A stretch of 64,000 nt of DNA, taken from the NCBI GenBank assembly GCA_965279525.1, contig CBDIIB010000004.1:896001-960000 (forward strand). The letters are read 5' to 3'. Shown one piece after another: positions 46,194-55,359 of the stretch. A program made the translations under genes and the position numbers. The notes under the pieces are model-generated. The model made no database searches. It was not told the DNA's origin and worked only from the letters and a program-made list of their open reading frames with translations. Source of the stretch: Tagaea sp. GTDB taxonomy: Bacteria; Pseudomonadota; Alphaproteobacteria; CACIAM-22H2. Position 1 is the first letter of the stretch; each line of letters begins with the position of its first letter.

Positions 46194-47075
46194 TCATGCC
46201 GGCCCGGGCCCCTTGATGCCGAACTGCGTCATGGTGAGCTTCAGGACGCCATATTTGTCCATCAGCGCGTCGTAGAACCCGTCCTTCTTCATGTCGGTCA
46301 GAACGCCGGCGACGGTCTCGGCGAGCGGCTTGCTCGTGAACGCAAGGCAGGCCTCCTGCGCGAAAAGCCCGCTGACCGCACGCGTGAAGTCGCCCCGGGT
46401 CTGCATGAACATCGCCGTCGCGTCGGCGGCGGTCGTTCCTTCGACCTGGCCGGCGCGCAGGGCCTGGAACGCCTCGGAGAAGTTGTTGAACGAACGGACC
46501 TCGATCGCCTTCAGGCCCTTGGCGACGAGCATGTCGGACAGTTCCTTCGTGCGCCGCTCCTCGATCGAACCCTGCTCGCACGAGATGCGCTTGCCTGCGA
46601 AATCGTCGACCGTCTTGATGTTCTGAGGATTGCCGCGCTGCACGAGGATGCTGAGCGCGACGCCTTCGTAGGGCACCATGTACATAATTTTCGAGCGCTC
46701 TTCGGTCCAGAAGATGCCGGTATTGATCATGTCCCAGCGCTTCGCGGCCAGGCCCGGTATCATCGTCGTCACGCCATCGATGCGGAAATACTCGGGAACC
46801 AGGCCAAGACGCTTGGCCGTCTCGTTGCCGAGTTCGGCACGCAGACCCTGGATCTCGCCCTTGTCGTTGATGAACTGCAGCGGCGGCAGCGTCGGATTGA
46901 TCGACATCATGAGCGTACCCGCCTTGATGATGACGGGCGGAGCCACCTTCGCCTGCGCACGTGCGGCACGCGGGATCTGGGTGGCGGCGACAGCCGCACC
47001 GGCGCTGGCAAGGAGCCAGCGACGGGTCAGCCCGTTGCCGTTCGCGATTGTGCGGGCGGGGCGTTTGCTGGTCAT
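46194..47075 (-). CDS. Polar amino acid ABC substrate-binding protein (family 3, Tat-exported)
   Basis: TRRWLL leader; NPTLPP, IPGLAAKRWD, TEER; start after GGGAG. Confidence 0.85.
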   Translation of the reverse strand: MTSKRPARTIANGNGLTRRWLLASAGAAVAATQIPRAARAQAKVAPPVIIKAGTLMMSINPTLPPLQFINDKGEIQGLRAELGNETAKRLGLVPEYFRIDGVTTMIPGLAAKRWDMINTGIFWTEERSKIMYMVPYEGVALSILVQRGNPQNIKTVDDFAGKRISCEQGSIEERRTKELSDMLVAKGLKAIEVRSFNNFSEAFQALRAGQVEGTTAADATAMFMQTRGDFTRAVSGLFAQEACLAFTSKPLAETVAGVLTDMKKDGFYDALMDKYGVLKLTMTQFGIKGPGPA

Positions 47076-47132
47076 CTTGTGTCTCCCGTTGAAGTGATAG
47101 TCGGCGTGACGGACGCCGGCCGAGCGGAATTG

Positions 47133-47149
47133 AGCAAGTTTGGTGCCAG
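47133..47149 (-). promoter_or_regulatory. Sigma-54 (-24/-12) promoter
   Basis: Minus strand reads CTGGCACCAAACTTGCT = TGGCAC-N5-TTGC, 58 bp upstream of the binding-protein ATG. Confidence 0.8.
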
Positions 47150-47151
47150 CC

Positions 47152-48087
47152 CTAGGAGGCGCTTTTCTGGAGAAGCCCACCTGCGGCCAGGATGCCCCGG
47201 AGGGCATCCAAAGCCGCGGCATCGTCGATGGGCAACAACGGCGGCCGCGTCCAGCCGCCGGGCTGCCCCAGCATGTTCATCGCCGCCTTGATCTGCGACT
47301 GCGGAGAGCCAAATCGGCCACTCCAGTCCGGGTTGATCAGTTGCCCCATGATCGCGGCATAAGTCTCGGCGTGGGCAAGGGCGGCCTTCGTGTCGCCGCG
47401 CCAATGCGCCTCGTAGAAGGACACCGCGTACTGACCGGCAACGGCACCGCCGTCGATGGATCCGTCACCGCCCATCGTCCGCAAAAGCGCGTAGCCCAGG
47501 CGGTTCGCGAAGCCTCCGAATACCCGCAGCTTGTCGCCGACCTCTTCCAGGGTGCGGATTGCCTGCAGGCGGTTCGTCGTGCTGTCCTTCAGTGCCACCA
47601 CGCGATCGATGCGCGCCAGTTCCGCCGCCGTTTCCCACGTGATCTCGACCTGCGTGCCGCGCGCCCAGTTGTAAACCATCAGCGGCAGGTCAACCGCTTC
47701 GCAAACGGTGCGGAAAAAGGCGACGATCTCGCGCGAGGTCGGTGCCGCATAGGGCGGCGGCGTCGACAGCACGCCGTCGGCACCAAGGCTGCGGGCGTGA
47801 AGTGCCAATTCGATCGTCTGCCGGGCGGTATAGGTCGTGCAGCCGATCACGACCGGAATCTTGCCCTTCAGTTCCTCGACGGCGATCTCGGCAACGCGCT
47901 TGCGCTCTGCGTCGGACTGGGAAAACCACTCTCCGGTCGTGCCGTTGACCAGCACGCCATGCACGCCCATCTTCAGATAGTGGCGAAGCCCCGCCCGCCA
48001 GGCCGCCTCGTCTACCGCGCCATCGCGGGTGAAAGGCGTGGGTGCAGCGACCCAATAGCCCTTCCAGTCGACGTCATTGCGGTCCAT
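47152..48087 (-). CDS. DapA-family class I aldolase/lyase
   Basis: PTPF, NGTTGE, VYNW, ALKDS. Confidence 0.88.
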   Translation of the reverse strand: MDRNDVDWKGYWVAAPTPFTRDGAVDEAAWRAGLRHYLKMGVHGVLVNGTTGEWFSQSDAERKRVAEIAVEELKGKIPVVIGCTTYTARQTIELALHARSLGADGVLSTPPPYAAPTSREIVAFFRTVCEAVDLPLMVYNWARGTQVEITWETAAELARIDRVVALKDSTTNRLQAIRTLEEVGDKLRVFGGFANRLGYALLRTMGGDGSIDGGAVAGQYAVSFYEAHWRGDTKAALAHAETYAAIMGQLINPDWSGRFGSPQSQIKAAMNMLGQPGGWTRPPLLPIDDAAALDALRGILAAGGLLQKSAS

Positions 48088-48138
48088 CTCCGGAACTCCG
48101 ATCGCTGGCCGAATTCGTTGAATGTATTGAGTAGGTAA

Positions 48139-48984
48139 CTATTGTAGGCCGTCGCCCGGGAAATCAAGGGTCGCCTGGTAGCCATTTCCGCTCAAGTTTG
48201 AGGCCCGACGTGCCGCTGCCTCGCGCTGTGCAGCCAATGCAGCGGCATCCATGTCTGACGTAGGACGCGGTTCCGGATCGAAATGTCCGAACGCATCGTG
48301 GCCGCGCACAAGCATTGCCGATTCCCGCCCCCGGAGCTGCCGCACATGGGTCGGAACGAAGCGTGCAGCGATGCCGATCCGCGATTGGGTCCATCGGTTC
48401 GGCGCCGACGAATGCAGCGCCCGCGTATGGTGGAAAACAGCCTCTCCGGCACTAAGAACGGCTTCGATAGCCCGGCCTTCGTCGACACCACGGGCAATCT
48501 GCCCGCTATGGAGCAGATTGTCCGGATGCGGTCGAAGATCGATGGGATAGCGTTCCGCCGAATGGCTGCCGGGAATATACCGGACCGGCCCGCTTTCGGA
48601 GGGCACGTCGCTGAGCGCGATCCAGGCCGTAACCTCCGTCGGCGGATCGAGGTGCCAGTACGTGTCGTCCTGGTGCCATGAAATATATTTACCCGTGCCG
48701 GCCGGCTTATCGAAGAGCTCCGTCGACCAAAGCAGGAAGTCCGGCCCGATGATGTCCTCAACTGCATCAAGCAGTCGTGCGTCATGTACCAAGGCGTCCA
48801 CCCAGGTCAGCAGAAGGTGGATCTTCTGCGTACGGCTGCCGGTAAAGGATCCGAATTTTGCCTGACTTGAAAAGTAGCAGCCCCGATACCGCTCGGCTTC
48901 TGTCGTATCGAGAACTCGTACGGGAAAAAGGAACCCGTCCGCTTGGTATCGCGCAAGCTCGGCAGGCGTCAGCTTCCTGTGCAC
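48139..48984 (-). CDS. PhyH-family Fe(II)/2-oxoglutarate dioxygenase
   Basis: WHQD (HxD), TAWIAL, IPGSH, LHSSAPN...R; GTG start. Confidence 0.88.
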   Translation of the reverse strand: MHRKLTPAELARYQADGFLFPVRVLDTTEAERYRGCYFSSQAKFGSFTGSRTQKIHLLLTWVDALVHDARLLDAVEDIIGPDFLLWSTELFDKPAGTGKYISWHQDDTYWHLDPPTEVTAWIALSDVPSESGPVRYIPGSHSAERYPIDLRPHPDNLLHSGQIARGVDEGRAIEAVLSAGEAVFHHTRALHSSAPNRWTQSRIGIAARFVPTHVRQLRGRESAMLVRGHDAFGHFDPEPRPTSDMDAAALAAQREAAARRASNLSGNGYQATLDFPGDGLQ

Positions 48985-48996
48985 GGGCCAATTCCC

Positions 48997-49803
48997 TTAA
49001 AGTCGGATCGAAGCGGCACGATGTCGCAGCGGACCGAGCGCCGACCAGGCCGTGTAGTCGGCGCAGTCCTCGATCGGGTCCGGATCGGTACCATCGATGA
49101 ACAGTCGGCAGTGTCCCGGCGTTGCCCAGATTTCCAGCTCATGTCGGGTCACCTGGCCGACGGGATCGGCGAACAGCTCGACCTCCGTGCGCTCGAAACC
49201 CAGACCGGCAAGCGCGATGCCGACGGAAAGGTTCAGGTTGCGCGGAAAATGGCGGGACAGATCGCGCACCGATCCGCGCAGGATCATCGTTTCTCGTTCA
49301 ATCTTGTCGAGATCGACGAGCGATGCCGCAGCGTTCGCACGCCAAACCCGGAGCGGTTTCGCCGTCCTGTAGACGATCCGGGAAAGGCCGGAATCACGTG
49401 CCGCAGCGACCAGATCAAGCGTACCGATCGCGCCCGGAGCGATGAAGACCTTTCCCGAGCCTGGCTGCCCGCTCGCATGCCGCAGCCGCTCAAGGACCTT
49501 CTCGTCCAGCAGGGCGCAAAGCGAGAGCGGGACAAGGTCGATTCCGCGAGCGACGATCTGATGGCCATACTCGGCCAGCGCTTCGGGACTCGCACATTCA
49601 AGGACGATTTCGGGCCGCCGGTCGAAAAACTCGGACAGCAAGGCCGTCGAACGAAACGGTCCGCCGTTGCGGGTCAGGACCGCGACGAGTTCGGCGTCCG
49701 GGCCGAGATTGGCTGCGACGCGCGCGCCGATCTTGCCCCAGCCCACGATCCCGACGCGGGTCGGCCGGACAGCACAACCGGCACCGGCGTCAACGATCGT
49801 CAC
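48997..49803 (-). CDS. L-aspartate dehydrogenase-like (NadX/DUF108) NAD-binding protein, divergent
   Basis: GWGKIG, ECAS, GAIG.LD, FPRNLN, ADP...RHE; start uncertain (GTG 49803). Confidence 0.75.
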   Translation of the reverse strand: MTIVDAGAGCAVRPTRVGIVGWGKIGARVAANLGPDAELVAVLTRNGGPFRSTALLSEFFDRRPEIVLECASPEALAEYGHQIVARGIDLVPLSLCALLDEKVLERLRHASGQPGSGKVFIAPGAIGTLDLVAAARDSGLSRIVYRTAKPLRVWRANAAASLVDLDKIERETMILRGSVRDLSRHFPRNLNLSVGIALAGLGFERTEVELFADPVGQVTRHELEIWATPGHCRLFIDGTDPDPIEDCADYTAWSALGPLRHRAASIRL

Positions 49804-50500
49804 GCGCCAACTGCTTGGTTTCGACGTTGCCAAGCGGCTTGGCATAGTGGGCCTCGATACGGCGTTGGACAAAGTCCCAACAGGTCGTCATCGCGAGATA
49901 GATGATCGCCACCACGAGGAACACCTCGAGCACGTCGAAGCGCTGCTGCATGAGGCTCTGGCCGCGCCGCATCAGCTCTTCCATCGAGATCACCGACGCG
50001 ATCGAAGTGGTCTTGAGCAGTCCGTTCACCGAGTTGCCCAGCGGCGGGATGATGACGCGCAGTGCCTGCGGCATGACGACGAGCCAGAAAATCTGGAAGC
50101 CGCTGAGTCCAAGGGAACGGGCCGCTTCGGTCTGGCCTTTCGGAACGGCAAGAATGCCGGCGCGCAGGATCTCGGAAAGGTAGGCTGCCTCATTGAGCGC
50201 AAGACCGATAAGCGCCGACTGGATGACCGACAGTCGGATTCCGAACTGCGGCAACCCGGTATAGATGATGACCAACTGCACGAGCAGCGGCGTGCCGCGG
50301 AAAATCCAGACATAGCCGTGCGACACCATCTGCAGTGTCTTGTATTTCGACATCCGCAGGACGGCGATGAACAGGCCCAAAATGAGGCCGAAAAACAGGG
50401 TGATGACGGTGAGCGCAAGGGTCCAGAGCGCCCCCTCGAGCAGGTATAGGTTGGTGAAATAATTGAAGAATCCGGCCCAGTCGAACTTCATTTTCTCCAT
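49790..50500 (-). CDS. Polar amino acid ABC permease (HisM/GlnP type)
   Basis: FRGTPLLVQL, AYLSEILRAG, GQTEAARSLG, PPLGN, KTTS. Confidence 0.92.
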   Translation of the reverse strand: MEKMKFDWAGFFNYFTNLYLLEGALWTLALTVITLFFGLILGLFIAVLRMSKYKTLQMVSHGYVWIFRGTPLLVQLVIIYTGLPQFGIRLSVIQSALIGLALNEAAYLSEILRAGILAVPKGQTEAARSLGLSGFQIFWLVVMPQALRVIIPPLGNSVNGLLKTTSIASVISMEELMRRGQSLMQQRFDVLEVFLVVAIIYLAMTTCWDFVQRRIEAHYAKPLGNVETKQLARDDR

Positions 50501-50572
50501 CCCCTCGCACGCGGCAGCGCTTCAGTCTGCAAGTTTCGTGCGATAGGGGATGTTGTAGCCCGAAATCGGCGG

Positions 50573-50617
50573 CGGCGGGCAAACGGCTTTGAAATACTCG
50601 AAACCATCTGCCCGCCG
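50573..50617 (-). terminator. Long hairpin downstream of the uronate dehydrogenase-like gene
   Basis: Minus strand CGGCGGGCAGATGGTTTCGA-GTATT-TCAAAGCCGTTTGCCCGCCG: about 20-bp stem with G-U pairs and one mismatch. Confidence 0.55.
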
Positions 50618-50636
50618 GGCACCGCATCGCATCGTC

Positions 50637-51467
50637 TCAAGGCCGCAAAGGCGCCTTCCAGTTTTTCAGGCTGCTGAAATCGGCCGTGTACTCGGCCGAA
50701 GCGAACGTTCCGCCCTGATAGAAATCTCCGACGGGTTCGGCGGCGATCGCCGCCTGTCCTGCCTTGGCTGCTGCTAGCTGCCCTTCCGAGTCGTGTTTGG
50801 GACTGTAACCAAGTTCGTGCGCACGCCGGTTGTCCCACCAGGCGCGCTTGTTGGCGGACGCGCCATAGAGCACCTCGAAGACGATGTCGGGATGGTCGAG
50901 ACCGATCCGGATCAACTGAACGAGATCCTCGGGATGCAGCATGATCGCCATCCGGCGCATGTCGAGCGGCGTCTCGTTCACATTGCCGATGCGAAGGCAT
51001 GTCACGCGGAGGCCGTGCTTCATCGCGTACATCGCGCCAAGCGCTTCGCCGAATGCCTTGGAAACGCCGTACCGGCTGTCGGGGAGGACCGTCACGTCAT
51101 GCGGAATCTTCGTCGTGCGCGGATAGTATCCGACCGCATGGTTCGACGAGGCGAAGATCACCCGCTTCACGCCCGCCGCACGCGCGGTCTCGAACAGGTT
51201 GTAGCAGCCGACGATATTGGCATTGAGGATCGACTCCCAGGGCCCCTCGACCGAATAGCCGCCCAAATGCACGATACCGTCTATTCCGGCGACCGCCGCG
51301 GCCGTCTCCGACACGCTGGCAAGATCCGCCTTGACGAATTGCAGCCCGTGCAGATCCGCAGGTGCCTTCAGGTCCGACAGGACGAGTTCGGGATAGGCAG
51401 CCTTCAACATCGGCGTGATGCGCCGCCCGACATCGCCCGCAGCTCCGGTCAGCAGAACTCTTTTCAT
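50637..51467 (-). CDS. udh: Uronate dehydrogenase-like NAD-dependent SDR
   Basis: LTGAAG.VG, HLGG.SVE..W, FASSNHAVGYY, PDSRYGVSKAFGE, LRIG, WWDN. Confidence 0.75.
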   Translation of the reverse strand: MKRVLLTGAAGDVGRRITPMLKAAYPELVLSDLKAPADLHGLQFVKADLASVSETAAAVAGIDGIVHLGGYSVEGPWESILNANIVGCYNLFETARAAGVKRVIFASSNHAVGYYPRTTKIPHDVTVLPDSRYGVSKAFGEALGAMYAMKHGLRVTCLRIGNVNETPLDMRRMAIMLHPEDLVQLIRIGLDHPDIVFEVLYGASANKRAWWDNRRAHELGYSPKHDSEGQLAAAKAGQAAIAAEPVGDFYQGGTFASAEYTADFSSLKNWKAPLRP

Positions 51468-51526
51468 CGATTCTCTCTCTTCCGATCTGAAACGCACGGC
51501 CACCAGGCCGGATTTCCGCATGCGGC

Positions 51527-52315
51527 CTAGGCGGCTTCGCTGGCCTTTGCCGATCCTGAAAACTTGCGATAACGGGCGGCCGCGCGCGTAAGGTGCTCGC
51601 GCATCGCCATGCGCGCCGCGTCGGCGTCCCGCGCCACGATCGCCGCTTCGATGCGGGCGTGCTCGTCGAGTATCCGCGCGAGGTACTCCGTCTGGCGCGA
51701 CATGGTCATGTTCCAGACCCGCTTGTCCTGTCGCGGAATCACGAATGTGCCGAGAAACCGCAGGAATTCGGGAAACTGCGGATTGCCGGTTGCCGTCGCG
51801 ATGGCGACGTGGAACGCGAAATCCTCGTCAGCACCGGAATCGCCCCGCCCGATCGCCTTCGCGAACTCCGCGTGCGCCGCGCGCACGGCACGCATTCCGG
51901 CAGCCGAGGCGCGCTCGCAAGCCAGTCCGGCCGCTTCCGTTTCGAGCGCCTGGCGCAGTTCGAGGACATCAATGGCGGAATCTAGCGAACGCAGGATTTC
52001 GGGATCCAGCTTGAACGAGCGGCGCGGCGGAACGGTGCTCACGAACGCACCCGATCCCTGCCGTGTCGTCACGAGCCCCCTCGCCTTGAGGGCCGCAACG
52101 GCCTCGCGAACGACCGTGCGGCTGACCTTCATTGCCGAAACCATCTCGAGCTCGGTCGGCAGACGCTGTCCTGCGGTCAAGCGCCCGCTTGAGATCTCGT
52201 CCGTGAGCCGCGAGACCACGGCTTCGGTGAGGTTGCGCGTCGGCTTCACCGGCGTGAGGATTTCCGGTTCGCGTCGAGCCTGCGATTCCGATCTAGACTT
52301 TTGTTGTCGGGTCAT
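51527..52315 (-). CDS. FadR/GntR-family regulator
   Basis: RLPTELEM...VSRTVVREA...RQGSG; D..FH...ATGN. Confidence 0.9.
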   Translation of the reverse strand: MTRQQKSRSESQARREPEILTPVKPTRNLTEAVVSRLTDEISSGRLTAGQRLPTELEMVSAMKVSRTVVREAVAALKARGLVTTRQGSGAFVSTVPPRRSFKLDPEILRSLDSAIDVLELRQALETEAAGLACERASAAGMRAVRAAHAEFAKAIGRGDSGADEDFAFHVAIATATGNPQFPEFLRFLGTFVIPRQDKRVWNMTMSRQTEYLARILDEHARIEAAIVARDADAARMAMREHLTRAAARYRKFSGSAKASEAA

Positions 52316-52445
52316 CGTACAAATTCGTACCACGGCGTCCAGCCTGAACGCAATCGCGTGACAGGCGGCTGTCGCAAGATTGCGGTCCGTCAAGGATCGT
52401 CCGGCAGGAAGACCCCTGCACCTGCTTTAGGGAGGAGACAAAAGA

Positions 52446-53441
52446 ATGAAGCGTCGCGAATTCATGGCGGTCACGGCGGCCGCCGCAGCCGCAGCATCGA
52501 CCGGCAGCCTGCCGGCATTGGCCCAGGCCAAGATGGTACTCAAGGCAACTGACGTCCATCCGCTCGGTTATCCGACGGTCGAAGCCGTCGTGCGCATGGG
52601 CAAGAAACTCGAGACGGCGACCAACGGCCGGCTGTCGATCCAGATGTATCCGTCGATGCAGCTCGGCGGCGAGAAGGAAATGATCGAGCAGGCGCAGGTC
52701 GGCGCGCTGCAGATCGCCCGCATTTCGGTCGGTCCGATGGGCCCGCTGGTGCCGGAAATGAACGTCTTCAACCTGCCCTTCATGTTCCGCGACAACGCGC
52801 ACATGGAGAAGGTCATCGACGGGCCGATCGGCGAAGAGCTGATGAAGAAGCTCACTGACCACCCGACATCGAACTTGGTCGGCCTGTGCTGGATGAACGC
52901 CGGCACGCGCAACGTCTATAACGCCAAGAAGCCGATCACGCAGCTTTCCGACCTCAAGGGGTTGAAGATCCGCATGATGGGCAACCCGCTGTTCGTCGAC
53001 ACGATGAACGCGCTGGGCGGCAACGGCGTGGCCATGGGCTTCGACCAGCTCATCAACGCGATGCAGACCGGCGTCGTCGACGGTGCCGAGAACAACGAGC
53101 CGAGCTACGATAGCGGCCAGCACTACCGCTACGCGAAGTACTACTCGAAGACCGGCCACCTGATGATCCCCGAGATCCTGGTATTCTCGCGGAAGACCTG
53201 GAACGAGCTGACGCCGGCGGACCGGACCCTGATCGCGCGCATGTCCAAGGAAGCGCAGCAGGAACAGCGCAAGCTCTGGTACGAAGGCGAGGCCGAGGCA
53301 CTGAAAAAGATGCTCGCGGCCGGCGCCGTCGTGAACGAGGTCGGCAACAAGAAGGAGTTCCAAGAGGCTGTGAAGCCGGTGTGGGACAAGTATGCCGGCC
53401 CGCTCAAGCCGCTCATCGAGCGGATCCAGGCCGTCAACTAA
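52446..53441 (+). CDS. dctP: TRAP transporter substrate-binding protein (sugar-acid type)
   Basis: Tat-like leader; QLGGEKE, LKGLKIR, QTGVVDGAENN. Confidence 0.92.
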   Translation: MKRREFMAVTAAAAAAASTGSLPALAQAKMVLKATDVHPLGYPTVEAVVRMGKKLETATNGRLSIQMYPSMQLGGEKEMIEQAQVGALQIARISVGPMGPLVPEMNVFNLPFMFRDNAHMEKVIDGPIGEELMKKLTDHPTSNLVGLCWMNAGTRNVYNAKKPITQLSDLKGLKIRMMGNPLFVDTMNALGGNGVAMGFDQLINAMQTGVVDGAENNEPSYDSGQHYRYAKYYSKTGHLMIPEILVFSRKTWNELTPADRTLIARMSKEAQQEQRKLWYEGEAEALKKMLAAGAVVNEVGNKKEFQEAVKPVWDKYAGPLKPLIERIQAVN

Positions 53442-53461
53442 GCGGTCGATCGCGGAAATCC

Positions 53462-53499
53462 GGCAGGTCGGTTGCCATGCAAACGGCAACCGACCTGCC
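53462..53499 (+). terminator. Hairpin 3' of dctP
   Basis: GGCAGGTCGGTTGCC-atgcaaac-GGCAACCGACCTGCC, perfect 15-bp stem followed by AATTTT. Confidence 0.7.
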
Positions 53500-53529
53500 A
53501 ATTTTCCCGAACTCGGGCAAATTGCGGCA

Positions 53530-54051
53530 ATGATCCAAACTTTCTATCGCGCGATGGACGCGCTGCATCGCGCCTGCGTCGTCCTTGCGGGTGTGGCTCT
53601 TGTCATCATCACGCTGATCATCCCGTGGGGCGTTTTCACGCGCTACGTGCTCAACAGCGCATCGTCGTGGCCCGAGCCCCTCGCCATCCTGACGATGATC
53701 TGGCTGTCGTTCCTGTCTGCGCTCGTGTGCTATCGCGAACACCTACACATAGGTGTTGGCATGCTTCCCAACGTGCTCGAAGGCCGCGCTCGACAGATTC
53801 TCGGGGTCTTCGTCGAAATCGGGATGCTCGTCACCAACCTGTTTCTACTCTGGTATGGCATCAAGCTCATCCAGGTCACCTGGTATCAGAGCATCGCCGA
53901 ATTCCCGATTGTGTCGGTAGGCGTATCGTACCTGCCCGTCCCGCTTGGCGGGGCCATCACCTCGCTCTTCATCATCGAGCGATTCCTCAAGGGAAACTAT
54001 TTCCCGCCCCCGCACGAACTCGACGTCCACGAAACCATTTCGAGCGAATGA
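53530..54051 (+). CDS. dctQ: TRAP transporter small permease
   Basis: VFTRYVLN..SSWPE, HI; four TM segments. Confidence 0.88.
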   Translation: MIQTFYRAMDALHRACVVLAGVALVIITLIIPWGVFTRYVLNSASSWPEPLAILTMIWLSFLSALVCYREHLHIGVGMLPNVLEGRARQILGVFVEIGMLVTNLFLLWYGIKLIQVTWYQSIAEFPIVSVGVSYLPVPLGGAITSLFIIERFLKGNYFPPPHELDVHETISSE

Positions 54052-54072
54052 ACGCCGAAGGCTAGCGCACAT

Positions 54073-55356
54073 ATGGATATCCTCGTCCTCCTCGGCTCGT
54101 TCACCGTCTTCTGCCTGATGGCCATGCCGGTCGCCTATGCGCTTGGTCTCTCGGCGATCTGCGCGGCGCTGTGGATGGGTATTCCGCTCGAAGCCATCGC
54201 ACTGAAGACATCCGACGGGATGGACGACTTCCCGCTGCTTGCGATCCCGTTCTTCATCCTCGCCGGCGCGATCATGGCTGAAGGCGGCATGGCCGAGCGG
54301 ATCATCAACCTTGCAAAGATTTTCGTCGGGTTCATCCGGGGCGGGCTTGCACTCGTCAACATCCTCGCATCGACGATGTTCGGGTGCATTTCGGGTTCGT
54401 CGGTTGCCGATACGGCATCGATCGGCTCGGTCATGATCCCGCAGATGATCAAGAGCGGCTATCCGCGGCTATTTGCGGTCAACGTCACGATCTCGGGTTC
54501 GCTGCAGCCGCTGCTCATCCCGCCATCGCACAACATGGTCATCTATTCGCTCGCTGCGGGCGGCTCGGTGTCGGTGGCGCACTTGTTCATGGCGGGCATC
54601 ATACCAGGGGTGCTGCTTGGCGCATCGCTCATGGCGCTTTGCCTCGTCATTGCGCATCGCAAGAAATTTCCGAAGGGCGAAGCGATCACGCTGCGCCAGG
54701 CAGGGCGTATCGCCTATGAAGCCGTCTGGGGCCTCATCACCGTAATCATCATCATGGGCGGCATCCTTTCGGGCATCTTCACGCCGACGGAAAGTGCGGC
54801 CGTCGCCTGCATTTGGGCGTTCCTTGTCACGGTCTTCGTCTATCGCGACTACAAGATCCGGGAGCTGCCGCATCTGATTGGCCGGGTCGTCCGCACCGTT
54901 GGCATGGTCATGATCATGATCGGCTTCTCGGTCTCGTTCGCCTACATGATGACGCTGATGCGGATTCCGGCCACAATCGCGGAGTTCTTCATCGCGATCG
55001 CAAGCGACAAGTATACGTTCCTGTTCTATGTGAACATCCTGCTCCTGATACTCGGCACGTTCATGGATCTGGCGCCCATGCTGCTGATCTGCACGCCGAT
55101 CTTCCTTCCGATAATCAGCAAGTTCGGCGTTGATCCGGTGCATTTCGGGATCATCATGATCTTCAATCTGGGTATCGGACTGCTGACTCCGCCGGTGGGA
55201 CCGACTCTCGCGGTCGGATGCGCCATCGGCAAAGTATCGATGGAACAGGTCTCGCGTTCGATCATGGTCTTTTACATCCCAATGCTGATCGTGCTCGGAC
55301 TGGTCACGTACATCCCTGCCCTGACTCTCTGGCTCCCCAACCTCCTCTTGCGCTAG
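54073..55356 (+). CDS. dctM: TRAP transporter large permease
   Basis: LAIPFFILAG, SGSSVAD, IPPS, TPTESAA, TPPVG. Confidence 0.93.
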   Translation: MDILVLLGSFTVFCLMAMPVAYALGLSAICAALWMGIPLEAIALKTSDGMDDFPLLAIPFFILAGAIMAEGGMAERIINLAKIFVGFIRGGLALVNILASTMFGCISGSSVADTASIGSVMIPQMIKSGYPRLFAVNVTISGSLQPLLIPPSHNMVIYSLAAGGSVSVAHLFMAGIIPGVLLGASLMALCLVIAHRKKFPKGEAITLRQAGRIAYEAVWGLITVIIIMGGILSGIFTPTESAAVACIWAFLVTVFVYRDYKIRELPHLIGRVVRTVGMVMIMIGFSVSFAYMMTLMRIPATIAEFFIAIASDKYTFLFYVNILLLILGTFMDLAPMLLICTPIFLPIISKFGVDPVHFGIIMIFNLGIGLLTPPVGPTLAVGCAIGKVSMEQVSRSIMVFYIPMLIVLGLVTYIPALTLWLPNLLLR

Positions 55357-55359
55357 AAA

